DNA of 64,000 bases from Pseudomonadota bacterium. GTDB lineage: Bacteria; Pseudomonadota; Gammaproteobacteria; Francisellales; CACEW01. The translations under genes and the position numbers were made by a program. This document shows positions 7,412 through 17,199 of the stretch, one piece after another (position 1 is the first letter of the stretch; each line of letters begins with the position of its first letter). The notes beneath the pieces are model-generated. The model worked only from the letters and a program-made list of their open reading frames with translations. It was not told where the DNA came from and searched no databases. The stretch lies in contig JAJZUD010000001.1 of the NCBI GenBank assembly GCA_021848625.1, positions 3,894 to 67,893 on the forward strand, given 5' to 3'.

Positions 7412-9638
7412 GGATAGCGCGATCTATGGTATTGGAACTTTTATTACGAGTTTCATTAATCTCTTGTTTTTGCCGCTTTTGACCCGTCTTCTTACTGTGA
7501 ATGAGTTTGGGGTGATTTCACTCGTTGCATCTTTGACAAGTATTGTTAATTACCTTGTAACGCTCAATATTACTCAATCAACATCACGCTTTGTTGTAAG
7601 AGCAGAAACGATAGAAGAAAAAAGGCTGTATGCCTCAAGTGGTTTTTGGTTTATTTGTCTAGCGTATCTTTTATGTCTTTTAATATTAAGTGGGGGTTTT
7701 CGATTTCTGAGTATTCCATTGGTCGGGGTAGATGATTTTATTTTGTACTTGACAGCGTTATTGTGTATTATTTTTTCTGGAATTTTTACTTATATGAATA
7801 GTCAGTTGCGTTGGCTTTTAAAGCCACATGCTTTTGTGAAGGCTTCAATTTTGATGGTCGTAAGCTCTGTCGTTTTTACTTATGTAAGTATTCGATTTTT
7901 ACAAATGGGTGCAATGGGGTATTTTTTAGGGCTGTGCTTGGGCTATGCTTTGGGAGGGCTATATGCCTATACGCATGTTTACACGCTTTTTTCTTTCCAA
8001 TTTTCGAGAGAGAAACTGAAGCAAATGTTAGTTTTTTCAACGCCTTTGGCTTTGTCGAGTGTCATGAGTTATTTCTATCTGGCGATTGATAAGTGGGCAA
8101 TTCGGATTTTGCTGAATTTTCATGATCTGGGAATTTATGGTGTGGCATCCCGTTTAGCGAGTATTGGTCCTGCTGCGATTGGGGTCTTGTCTTTGGGTTT
8201 GTTGCCGTATATTTATTCTTCTTATCAAAAGCCCGAATTTCCCAAAACTATTTCCTTTTTATTTAGATTAACTTTGTGGGCAGCATTCTCTGGAGCTCTG
8301 TTTTTTTTAGTATTTCAGCACGGCTTAATGTCACTGATTGCTGGAAAAAATTTCTTAGAGGCGGGGGCCTACGTCCCTTTATTATTTATGGGGGTGGTCT
8401 TGACCTCCTTTTATGATTTTACCCCCGGCGCTTGGATTTATGGCAAGACTATTCGCATTGCAGTTGTGAATGTGGTCACTGGGGTTGTGAATACGGCCTT
8501 AAATTTCTTATTGATTCCCCACTTTGGTTTGTGGGGGTCCGTGATCGCAATGCTGATTTCGGGGGGGATTGTTTTTGGTGGTAATGTGTTGATGAGTCAG
8601 TCTTTGTATAAAGTGCCGTATTCTTGGATACGTGTTTTTTTTGCCAGCTTGGTTTTTTGTGGATGCTATACCGTTCTCAATCAGGTAAAATTATCTTGTT
8701 TATCAAAGCTTTTCATTTCACTTTGTGCCATTGGGTTCATGGGAATGATTTTGTTGTTTTCAAAGGATCTATTAATGCGTTTATTAGAATATGCAAAGCG
8801 CACGGAGCAGCGCAAAGTGGCAAAAGAATCGTTAGGCTGGCTGCAAAAGGGAGCGGTTTTGGGCTTGCGCCTGGCTCGTAGCGTTGCCCACCCATTTAAG
8901 ATGAGGGCCCCTTTTCATCAAGTGGCAGCCTATTATTTATGCGAAAGTCTTGTCGTTAAACTGAATCCTTGTGCGAGTGACCATGCGCTGCCCTTACCTG
9001 ATGATTTGATAATCGCCCCAGGGTATTATGTCTATGAAGGCGCAACCTATGACATAAGGTGGTCTGGCGTTTACCGTTTTATGCAGTATGACCAAAAAAA
9101 TGAGCAAAGGGTAGTATATCAACTTGAAGCAGATATCTTGACTTTATTGGCCTCTTTGGCAGCACTGCATAATCATGGAAATGAAGATGATGGAAAAACC
9201 AATTTAAGATGTTATGAGTTGGCGAAGTCCAGAAAGCTTAATTTAAGCTGCCAGGATATGGCCGTTTTTAGCCATTTTATCTTGCAAAAATTAAAATTGG
9301 AATCGCGTGTTGTGGCGACAATGACCCTAGAAGAATTGAATGGCGATGATGGGCATTACATGATTGAAGTCTATTGCCCTATCAGAAAAAAATGGCTTTT
9401 GTGTGACCTTGATTTAGGGTTTTGTTTTAAAAAGCAGGATGAGTTTTTATCTTTGGATGAATTTCTACAGCATGTGTCTGCAGGGAACTATGATTTTTAT
9501 CCTTTGACCCAATACCCTGCTGTGGACATGGGAGGGTTCAGGGCGAAAAATGGCTATCGCTATGATTTTTTGGTGGAAGCCATGTTCGGAGATCTGAAAA
9601 CTTGGTATAAACGTGTGGCAGGTAAACGGCAAGTCTAG
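7392..9638 (+). CDS. Wzx-like MOP-family polysaccharide flippase with an extra C-terminal soluble domain of about 280 aa (transglutaminase-like Cys-His-Asp pattern)
   Basis: The first ~470 aa are consecutive hydrophobic helices typical of polysaccharide biosynthesis/flippase proteins (SAIYGIGTFITSFINLLFLPLLTRLL..). The tail contains LSCQDMAVFSHFIL..(x)..GHYMIEVYCPIRKKWLLCDLD. Confidence 0.65.
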   Translation: MLKNIFKDSAIYGIGTFITSFINLLFLPLLTRLLTVNEFGVISLVASLTSIVNYLVTLNITQSTSRFVVRAETIEEKRLYASSGFWFICLAYLLCLLILSGGFRFLSIPLVGVDDFILYLTALLCIIFSGIFTYMNSQLRWLLKPHAFVKASILMVVSSVVFTYVSIRFLQMGAMGYFLGLCLGYALGGLYAYTHVYTLFSFQFSREKLKQMLVFSTPLALSSVMSYFYLAIDKWAIRILLNFHDLGIYGVASRLASIGPAAIGVLSLGLLPYIYSSYQKPEFPKTISFLFRLTLWAAFSGALFFLVFQHGLMSLIAGKNFLEAGAYVPLLFMGVVLTSFYDFTPGAWIYGKTIRIAVVNVVTGVVNTALNFLLIPHFGLWGSVIAMLISGGIVFGGNVLMSQSLYKVPYSWIRVFFASLVFCGCYTVLNQVKLSCLSKLFISLCAIGFMGMILLFSKDLLMRLLEYAKRTEQRKVAKESLGWLQKGAVLGLRLARSVAHPFKMRAPFHQVAAYYLCESLVVKLNPCASDHALPLPDDLIIAPGYYVYEGATYDIRWSGVYRFMQYDQKNEQRVVYQLEADILTLLASLAALHNHGNEDDGKTNLRCYELAKSRKLNLSCQDMAVFSHFILQKLKLESRVVATMTLEELNGDDGHYMIEVYCPIRKKWLLCDLDLGFCFKKQDEFLSLDEFLQHVSAGNYDFYPLTQYPAVDMGGFRAKNGYRYDFLVEAMFGDLKTWYKRVAGKRQV

Positions 9639-11464
9639 GAGAAATGACGTTCATGCCACATTTGAAACATGAGCAAAACCCAAATATCTTGGTGGTCTGT
9701 AAGTTTGCCAGAAAAAAGATTATGCTTAAGTTGGTTAACATACTGTGAATTTAAAATTCCGCTTTTTTTGAGCCTCACATCATCCAAATACTCATTGACT
9801 AACGGTTTTAGATCACTTTGGAGCCATTGATTAAGGGGGAGGCCAAAGCCTTGTTTTTTGCGTTCAAAAAAAGCGGGTGGAAGGTAGCCTGCAAGAATTT
9901 TTTTGAGAATCTTTTTCTGCTGTTTATAAACCAGAGGCAGGGTTGCAGCATATTCAATGATTTTATGGTCTAGTAATGGCTCACGGCCTTCTAGGCCAAT
10001 AAACAGAGTAGCGCGATCCACCTTGTGAAGAATATCTTCGGGAAGATAAGTTTCAAAGTCAGCAAGCATCATGGTTTCTGCCATGCTTGAGCCCTGTGGC
10101 ACAGCATCACAAAAAATATGCTGCCCAATCAGTTTCTTGACCTCTGTGGGAGTCAGAACAGATGAAGCTGTACGGTAAAGTAAGCTGTCGTCCATCAGTG
10201 GCAGAAGTGCTTGGAGCCGAAGAGATTTTTTGCTGAGCATTGTATTTGGAATAAGTTGAGACAGCCATAACATTGCATGCCGCGCAGGCAATTTTTTTAG
10301 CTTTTGAAATAGGGAGGGGAAACGTGCATAAACTGAATAACCACCAAAAAGCTCATCCCCACCATCCCCAGATAGGGCTACTTTAACAGTTTGTTTTGCA
10401 AGTTTTGCGACAAGGTGTGTGGGGATGGCAGAGGAATCACCAAAGGGCTCATCATACATTTCCGGTAATTGAGGAATAATATCCAGTGCATCTTGTTTGC
10501 TGCAGTAATGTTCCGTATGCACGGTTCCTAAATAGTGTGCTATTTTCTTTGCATGCTCAGCTTCATTGTATTGTTGCTCTTCAAAGCCAATGGTGAAGGT
10601 ATGCAAAGGCGTGGAAGAGTGTTTTTGCAAAATAGCTGTGACGAGGCTGCTATCAATGCCGCCACTCAAAAAGCAGCCGACGGGAACATCTGCAACCATG
10701 CGGAGTTGAAAAGATTCTTGCAGAATGGTTTCGAGTTGTGCAGTTGCTTCTTCCTCGGAGAGATTGGCAGCAGCTTGCACTGTACGGACTGACCAGTATT
10801 GTTTTTCAGTAAAGCTTTGGTCCTTGAGATCTAAGATAACAAAGTGCCCAGGCTTTAGCTTAAAGGTATTTTCAAAAATAGAATGTGGAGCAGAAATATA
10901 ACCCCATTGCATGTAATGTGAGAGGCCTGTTTGGTTGAGGCGCTTTTGAAAACAAGGATGCTGCATCAAAGGGCTCAGTGTACTACCAAAAATAAGGAGG
11001 TCATGTTGGTGGTAATAATAAAGGGGTTTTACGCCTGCGCGATCTCGAAAGAGGTAAATTTTCTGGGCATTACTGTCGTAGAGGCAAAAAGCAAACATGC
11101 CGCGAAATTGTTGCACGGCATCCACTCCCCAGCAATGAAATGCTTTAATGATCACTTCGGTGTCAGAATGAGATTGAAAAGTATAACCTTTTTGCGTAAG
11201 TTGTTTTTGAATTTCCTCAAAATTATAGACTTCTCCATTATAGGTGAGAGATAAGCCTTCAAAATGGTAGGGTTGGTGCCCTGCTTCGGATAAATCAAGA
11301 ATGGAGAGCCGGCTATGACCCAAGCCAATTTGAGCGAAATGGGTGTCCAATAAAGCGTAGCCTTGGTCATCTGGCCCACGACGCTGTATCGTTTGAACCA
11401 TTTTATTAAGCATCTCTGGTGTGCTCTTTTTTTTAAAATCAATAAAACCCGTTATTCCGCACAT
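9635..11464 (-). CDS. asnB: Asparagine synthase (glutamine-hydrolysing) family amidotransferase
   Basis: N-terminal nucleophile MCGITGF, then SGGIDSS PP-loop motif; 609 aa. Stop overlaps the flippase stop region (convergent). Confidence 0.85.
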   Translation of the reverse strand: MCGITGFIDFKKKSTPEMLNKMVQTIQRRGPDDQGYALLDTHFAQIGLGHSRLSILDLSEAGHQPYHFEGLSLTYNGEVYNFEEIQKQLTQKGYTFQSHSDTEVIIKAFHCWGVDAVQQFRGMFAFCLYDSNAQKIYLFRDRAGVKPLYYYHQHDLLIFGSTLSPLMQHPCFQKRLNQTGLSHYMQWGYISAPHSIFENTFKLKPGHFVILDLKDQSFTEKQYWSVRTVQAAANLSEEEATAQLETILQESFQLRMVADVPVGCFLSGGIDSSLVTAILQKHSSTPLHTFTIGFEEQQYNEAEHAKKIAHYLGTVHTEHYCSKQDALDIIPQLPEMYDEPFGDSSAIPTHLVAKLAKQTVKVALSGDGGDELFGGYSVYARFPSLFQKLKKLPARHAMLWLSQLIPNTMLSKKSLRLQALLPLMDDSLLYRTASSVLTPTEVKKLIGQHIFCDAVPQGSSMAETMMLADFETYLPEDILHKVDRATLFIGLEGREPLLDHKIIEYAATLPLVYKQQKKILKKILAGYLPPAFFERKKQGFGLPLNQWLQSDLKPLVNEYLDDVRLKKSGILNSQYVNQLKHNLFSGKLTDHQDIWVLLMFQMWHERHFS

Positions 11465-11476
11465 TGTTGCCTTCCC

Positions 11477-13297
11477 CTAATTATGTTGCAGCCAAATTTC
11501 AGTCGCGAGAAGAGACCAAAGCATCTTAGCGCGTTTCTCATCAGAGATAGGGACTTTTCTTTGGAGCAGGTTTTGGATAAAGGAAGGAGCAACATAGTCA
11601 CTGACCTTGGGCGTGCCTTCTAAATAAGCATGCATTTTCGTTTTGAGCTCGTGATTGAGCCAGGATTTAAGGGGGATTTCAAATCCCCGCTTGGGTTGAT
11701 TGATCAATTCAAGAGGGAGGTATTGTTTAGCCAGTTGGCGCAGAATAAATTTGGTCGCCGTGCCCTTTATTTTATAGTGATCTGGAAGTTGGGCTGAGAG
11801 CCTTAGCATATCTCGGGAGAGAAAAGGGCTGCGAGCTTCCAATGCATGAGCCATGGTTGCAATATCCATTTTAACAAGTAAGTCGCCAAAAAGCAGAAGA
11901 TTAAAGTCAAGGTAGAGCATTTTATCCAAGGCCGACAAATGGGGATCCCCTTGGACTTGATGGATAAAACCATCCAACTGATCATCAATAGCATTGAGCG
12001 GGAAAGTGTAGCTATCGTTAAAAGCATCCACCGTAGCTGAAGTGTAAAAATCTAAGCCTTGCTTACTGGACATAGCGAGCAGGCGATAAAAATAATTGTA
12101 TTTGCTCTTTTTATGGTGAGGTTTAGGCAAAATAGCGGTGAGGAAGGCGAAGGTTCGTGCCCACTCTATCCATCTTTTGGTCAAGGGCACATAACGTCGA
12201 TAGCCTGCAAAAAGCTCATCAGCGCCATCGCCATTTAAGACCACAGTGACGTGTTTTTTAGCTTCTTTCGCAACATAATAGCTTGGGATAGCGCTAGAGT
12301 CTAAAAAAGGTTCGCCATAGTTGAGTAAGATTTTTTCTAAGTCTTGCTCCACATCCATGGCAATTTCTATTTCAGTATGTTCTGTTCTATAGCGTGCAGC
12401 AGTAAGCTTGGCAAGGGAAGTTTCATCATATTCACCTGGAAATTTGACTGTAAATGTTTTTAATCGAGATTGCTCCTGAGCGGCAAGTGCCACAATCAGG
12501 TTGCTATCAATCCCACCTGATAAAAATGCACCGACTTCTAACTCACTGCTCATGAGTCTATTCTTTACGGCAGTTTGAAGAGTCTGATCTGTCAAGGCCA
12601 TGGCATCGGGAAGAGACAGCTCAAGTTTGGGCTGATGATAAACCTCCAAAAGATCAAAATAGGACTTTTTTTGAAGGGCAAGACTTGTTAGATCAAGGCT
12701 GAGATAATGGCCCGCATTCAGTTCATAGACTTCATGATAGGGGGTGTGTTCTTTAAAGAAAAAGCCACAGCGGAGGAGACTCTTGATCGCTTCGTGATGG
12801 AGGGTCAAGGGGAGAATCGCTTTTAAGGCATTGAGCTCACTTGCAAAGGCAAAGCGGTCATTTTTTTTATAATAGTAAAGAGGTTTTTTACCAGCTCGGT
12901 CGCGAGCTAAAAATAGGGAGTTTTTGTTTCTATCCAAAATGGCGAAAGCAAACATCCCATCTAGGTATTGAAAGAGGTCTTTGTCAAATTGAATGTACAT
13001 CGCTAACAGGGTTTCAGTATCGCTTGAGGTTTGAAAAGGAAAATCACGCAAATACTCCTTCCGCAAGGCGAGGTGATTGTAGATTTGTCCGTTTAAGATA
13101 ATAGTGTAATGTTGGTAATGCAGGGGTTGATGGCCATGCTGAATGTCTTGAATGGCTAGGCGAGTATGAACTAAGCTCAGTGCGTCATGACTATAATGGC
13201 TTTGTTTGTCTGGGCCGCGATGATGTAAGGCTTGTAGCAGTTTTTCAATGGCTAAGTTTCGATCTTGTAAATTAATAAATCCTGCAATGCCACACAT
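11477..13297 (-). CDS. asnB: Asparagine synthase (glutamine-hydrolysing) family amidotransferase, second copy
   Basis: MCGIAGF nucleophile, SGGIDSN PP-loop; 606 aa. Lies 12 nt upstream of the first copy on the same strand. Confidence 0.85.
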   Translation of the reverse strand: MCGIAGFINLQDRNLAIEKLLQALHHRGPDKQSHYSHDALSLVHTRLAIQDIQHGHQPLHYQHYTIILNGQIYNHLALRKEYLRDFPFQTSSDTETLLAMYIQFDKDLFQYLDGMFAFAILDRNKNSLFLARDRAGKKPLYYYKKNDRFAFASELNALKAILPLTLHHEAIKSLLRCGFFFKEHTPYHEVYELNAGHYLSLDLTSLALQKKSYFDLLEVYHQPKLELSLPDAMALTDQTLQTAVKNRLMSSELEVGAFLSGGIDSNLIVALAAQEQSRLKTFTVKFPGEYDETSLAKLTAARYRTEHTEIEIAMDVEQDLEKILLNYGEPFLDSSAIPSYYVAKEAKKHVTVVLNGDGADELFAGYRRYVPLTKRWIEWARTFAFLTAILPKPHHKKSKYNYFYRLLAMSSKQGLDFYTSATVDAFNDSYTFPLNAIDDQLDGFIHQVQGDPHLSALDKMLYLDFNLLLFGDLLVKMDIATMAHALEARSPFLSRDMLRLSAQLPDHYKIKGTATKFILRQLAKQYLPLELINQPKRGFEIPLKSWLNHELKTKMHAYLEGTPKVSDYVAPSFIQNLLQRKVPISDEKRAKMLWSLLATEIWLQHN

Positions 13298-13440
13298 AAT
13301 TTTGGTTTTTTCCTGTGGGAAAGAGGGGATTATAATCGCTGTTTTCTTCGATTGCTAGTAGGCAAATGCTCTGATCGCTATCTCTCAAAGGTTTTGATAA
13401 AGTAGAGCCAGTTAATAGTTATGATGGATTCTGTTGTTTC

Positions 13441-14679
13441 ATGTTAATGATCTGCATATTAAGTTTGGCGGCGCTCTGTTTGGGGTTAGCAATCTTACGG
13501 GGATTTACGCCTTTTTATAAAAGAATTTTTCCTGCTGTGATCGTTTGTTGGTTAGGCCATATTTTGGGAACTTTTGCCTATAGTTTGGTCGGTTCAGATT
13601 CGCATTCCTATTATTTTCCATTGGCCACGCCTGGAATCAATCAAACGTTTAAGTCTCCTTTTGGCAGCGGATTTATTTTGAATGTGGTCTGGTATGTGCG
13701 CTTATTTTTAACGGGAGATTCTTTTTTAGCGACTTTGTTCTTTTTCGGCATGTTAGGGTTTTTGGGCAGCATTTTATGGTATTGCCTGTACCTTAAAATA
13801 GCAGATGAGTTAAATATGACTCGGGCTCGCATTTTGGCTGTGCCGGCTTGGGTGATATTGTGTTGGCCTTCCATTTTGTTTTTTACAGCTGGCATGAAGG
13901 ATGCTTGGCCTTTTTTATTTTTGCCTTTATTTTTTATTTGTTTATTTTCGCTAAAGACTTCCACATCTAAGCTATTTTCCTTAGGTTTATTGGTGCTTGT
14001 CGGCTTGATGATATTAATGCCTCGGCCCTACTTGATTTTGATCATTGTGTTTGCATGGTATTTGACTTTTTTAGCGCAAGGAAAAAATCCCCGCACTTAT
14101 TGGGTGAAAATTGGGTTGTCCTTCTTATTTGTATTTATTTTTATTAGCCTGGCACAACACATTGTGAGTATTACAGTAGGAGGAAATATTGATAGGCGTT
14201 TGGGGCATGCTTCCAACTTTGGACAGGTTGCTTCTCAGGCTGTGTTACAGCAGCAGTATTTAAGTGTCGGAACTTCTTTCCCGATGTCCACTAACCCAGC
14301 GTTATTACCTTTGCTATTGCCCTATAGCTTTTTAATGAATTTATGCTTTCCCTTATTTATTTTTTCTAACAATTTACAAAGTGTCTTGCAATCATTTGAA
14401 AATCTTTTCCTCATTTATTTACTTTTCTTTTCATGGAAAAAAAGAAAGATATTTGCAGCGCGTGCAAAGAACAACAGTGCGGTGCGGTTAATGTTTTTTT
14501 ATTTTGTGGTGGGGATGAGCTTTCTCGCATTGATTAACACAAACTTGGGATTATCAACTCGTGAAAAAGCCATGTATTTGCCGGCATTTTTGATTGTTTT
14601 TAGCCTGGCGTATGGATTATATTGCCAGGAAAAGATAGAATATTTACGAAAAAAAGAGGGAAAACGATGCGTAAAATAG
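13441..14679 (+). CDS. Polytopic membrane protein, candidate O-antigen polymerase (Wzy-like)
   Basis: 412 aa, about 10 or more hydrophobic segments, no recognisable catalytic motif. The call rests on position in the glycan locus and the lack of any other polymerase candidate. Confidence 0.3.
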   Translation: MLMICILSLAALCLGLAILRGFTPFYKRIFPAVIVCWLGHILGTFAYSLVGSDSHSYYFPLATPGINQTFKSPFGSGFILNVVWYVRLFLTGDSFLATLFFFGMLGFLGSILWYCLYLKIADELNMTRARILAVPAWVILCWPSILFFTAGMKDAWPFLFLPLFFICLFSLKTSTSKLFSLGLLVLVGLMILMPRPYLILIIVFAWYLTFLAQGKNPRTYWVKIGLSFLFVFIFISLAQHIVSITVGGNIDRRLGHASNFGQVASQAVLQQQYLSVGTSFPMSTNPALLPLLLPYSFLMNLCFPLFIFSNNLQSVLQSFENLFLIYLLFFSWKKRKIFAARAKNNSAVRLMFFYFVVGMSFLALINTNLGLSTREKAMYLPAFLIVFSLAYGLYCQEKIEYLRKKEGKRCVK

Positions 14680-15947
14680 CAGTGATAGGCTTAGGCTATG
14701 TCGGATTGCCTATGGCCGCGGCTTTTGCTAAAGGACAGGAGATCATTGCTTTTGATATTAATGCAAAGCGGATTGAAGAATTAAAGCAAGGGGTAGATCA
14801 TACAGGAGAGGTGAGTACTGCAGATCTAAAAGCGGGTCGGTTTTTGTTTACTAGCTACAGAGATGACTTAAAGCGAGCTGATTTTTTTATTGTGGCCGTT
14901 CCCACGCCAATTGATCAGGCTAATCAACCCGATCTAGGTCCCATACTCAGTGCATCAAAAACAATTGCCCCTGTTTTAAAAAAAGGCGATATTGTGGTGT
15001 ACGAATCTACTGTTTATCCCGGAACGACAGAAGAAGAATGTGTACCTGTATTGGAGCAATATTCAGGTTTAAAATGCGGAGTTGATTTTTTTGTGGGCTA
15101 CTCCCCCGAGCGGATAAACCCGGGTGATAAGGAGCATAGTTTTACCAAAATTAGGAAAATTGTTTCAGGGCAAACTCCCGAAGTACTCGAGATAGTTGCA
15201 GAGGTTTATTCCAGCGTAGTTGAAGCCGGTGTATATAAAGCTTCAAGTATCAAAGTGGCTGAGGCCGCTAAGGTCATTGAAAACACGCAACGCGACTTGA
15301 ATATCGCCTTTGTGAATGAGCTCGCCATGATTTTTCATAAATTGGGGATTGATACCAAAGAAGTTTTGGATGCAGCGGGTACAAAGTGGAACTTTCTTGG
15401 ATTTAGGCCGGGATTGGTTGGGGGGCATTGCATTGGTGTTGACCCTTATTATCTCACGCACAAAGCAGAGTCAATCGGGTTTCATCCGCAGGTGATTTTA
15501 GCCGGGCGGCGTGTAAATGATGGCATGGGTGCTTATATTGCGCGTGAAACAATCAAATTGCTATCGCAAGCAGGGATTTGTTTAAAAGAAGCAAAAGTGG
15601 GGGTTTTGGGCTTTACCTTCAAAGAAAACTGTCCGGATATTCGAAACACTAAAGTCATCGATATTATTGCAGAATTAAAAGACTATGGGGTACAGGTGAT
15701 AGTGCATGATCCGCTTGCCGATCCAGAGGACCTTATGCAAGAATACGCTCTTGGTCTTACCCCGCTTGATCAATTCAAAAACTTAGAGGTATTGATCTTG
15801 GCGGTTGCACATCAGGAATATCTTGCTGTTTCGATTGAGGATTGGGTGCGGCGCTTCGGGGGAAATAGTCAGATTGTGATTGATGTGAAGAGTGTTTTAG
15901 ATCCAGTGCAACTTGCAGCAAGGCAAGTGACCTGCTGGCGATTATAG
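14667..15947 (+). CDS. UDP-N-acetyl-hexosamine 6-dehydrogenase (TviB/WbpO/CapL family)
   Basis: MRKIAVIGLGYVGLP Rossmann start preceded by aagaggga; catalytic Cys in GGHCIGVDPYY. The track ORF begins at 14622, but ATG 14667 fits the family N-terminus. Confidence 0.85.
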   Translation: MRKIAVIGLGYVGLPMAAAFAKGQEIIAFDINAKRIEELKQGVDHTGEVSTADLKAGRFLFTSYRDDLKRADFFIVAVPTPIDQANQPDLGPILSASKTIAPVLKKGDIVVYESTVYPGTTEEECVPVLEQYSGLKCGVDFFVGYSPERINPGDKEHSFTKIRKIVSGQTPEVLEIVAEVYSSVVEAGVYKASSIKVAEAAKVIENTQRDLNIAFVNELAMIFHKLGIDTKEVLDAAGTKWNFLGFRPGLVGGHCIGVDPYYLTHKAESIGFHPQVILAGRRVNDGMGAYIARETIKLLSQAGICLKEAKVGVLGFTFKENCPDIRNTKVIDIIAELKDYGVQVIVHDPLADPEDLMQEYALGLTPLDQFKNLEVLILAVAHQEYLAVSIEDWVRRFGGNSQIVIDVKSVLDPVQLAARQVTCWRL

Positions 15948-15956
15948 GAGAAAAGA

Positions 15957-17198
15957 GTGCAAGGCGTTTATCGTTGTCGGTTTTGTGAAAAGATACTCAA
16001 TCATACTTTTGCTGATTTGGGAACCTCCCCTTTGTCAAATGCCTATCTCACGGAAGCAGATTTATCTCAAGGCGAGATTTTTTATCCTCTTAAGGCAGAA
16101 GTATGCAGTTCATGCTTATTGGTACAGCTGCCAAAATTTGTGGCCCCTGAGTCTATTTTTAGTGATTACCTTTATTTTTCATCCTATTCGGATAGTTGGC
16201 TTGCGCATTCAAAGCGGTATGTAGAAATGATGCTGGCACGTTTTAAACTCAAGTCGAGCCATACTGTGATTGAGATTGCTAGCAATGATGGATACCTACT
16301 CCAGTATTTTAAAGCCGCAGGTATTCCTGTTTTAGGGGTTGAGCCCGCAACCAATGTGGCGGCTGTAGCTGTAAAAGAGAAGGGTATTCCTACACGTAAT
16401 GTTTTCTTTGGGGTGGAAACGGCCAAGGAAATGCATGCTGAAGGAATTCGCGCAGATGTTTTGCTTGCAAACAATGTCCTTGCACATGTGCCTGATCTAA
16501 ATGATTTTGTGGGTGGGATGAAGATTATCCTTGCCGAGCAAGGGGTTTTGACGATTGAATTTCCCCATTTATTAAAGCTCATGAATGAAAATCAATTTGA
16601 TACCATTTATCACGAGCATTTCTCTTATTTTTCACTCTATACTTTGTGCAAAGTATTCGCGCATCATGGCTTGACTATTTTTGATGTTGAAGAAATTCCG
16701 GTACATGGGGGTTCTTTGCGTATTTTTGTCAAACATCAGCAGGATCAAGCTAAGCCTGTTATGGATCGGGTTCAAGATATCCTTGCAAAAGAAAAGGCTG
16801 AAGGGTTGCAGGATGTGCAGACTTATAATGAGTTTTCAAAAAAGACTCAAAAGATTAAATATGATCTATTGCAATTCTTATTAAAAGCCAAGCAAGAGGG
16901 TAAAATGGTTGCGGGTTACGGCGCACCTGCGAAAGGCAATACCTTATTGAATTACTGTGGCCTGCATGGAGATTTGCTTGCATTTACGGTGGACCGCAGT
17001 CCGCATAAACAAAACCATTATTTGCCAGGCAGCCGCATTCCTATTTTTCATCCTGATCATATCAAAAAAGCAAAGCCAGATTATGTCCTGATTTTGCCTT
17101 GGAACTTAAAGGATGAAATTGTAGAGCAAATGGCGTATATCAAAGAATGGGGCGGGCAATTTTTGGTGGCTGTTCCCTCGGTACAAGTTGTCCAATAA
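15957..17198 (+). CDS. NDP-hexose C-methyltransferase (SAM-dependent, Zn-ribbon N-terminus)
   Basis: CRFCEKIL..(x)..CSSC zinc-ribbon, a class-I methyltransferase core (VIEIASNDGYLL) and a C-terminal domain with AGYGAPAKGNTLLNY, typical of sugar 3-C-methyltransferases (TylC3-like). Confidence 0.7.
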   Translation: MQGVYRCRFCEKILNHTFADLGTSPLSNAYLTEADLSQGEIFYPLKAEVCSSCLLVQLPKFVAPESIFSDYLYFSSYSDSWLAHSKRYVEMMLARFKLKSSHTVIEIASNDGYLLQYFKAAGIPVLGVEPATNVAAVAVKEKGIPTRNVFFGVETAKEMHAEGIRADVLLANNVLAHVPDLNDFVGGMKIILAEQGVLTIEFPHLLKLMNENQFDTIYHEHFSYFSLYTLCKVFAHHGLTIFDVEEIPVHGGSLRIFVKHQQDQAKPVMDRVQDILAKEKAEGLQDVQTYNEFSKKTQKIKYDLLQFLLKAKQEGKMVAGYGAPAKGNTLLNYCGLHGDLLAFTVDRSPHKQNHYLPGSRIPIFHPDHIKKAKPDYVLILPWNLKDEIVEQMAYIKEWGGQFLVAVPSVQVVQ

Positions 17199-17199
17199 A

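Noticed and set aside
14622-14666. N-terminal extensions suggested by the ORF track at 14622, 17188, 17667, 18556, 24939, 39158, 45335, 49364, 35969 and 58978.
   Set aside because: In each case an internal ATG gives the canonical family N-terminus (for example [55 protein letters not shown]). The extension lies inside the preceding gene or lacks an RBS.
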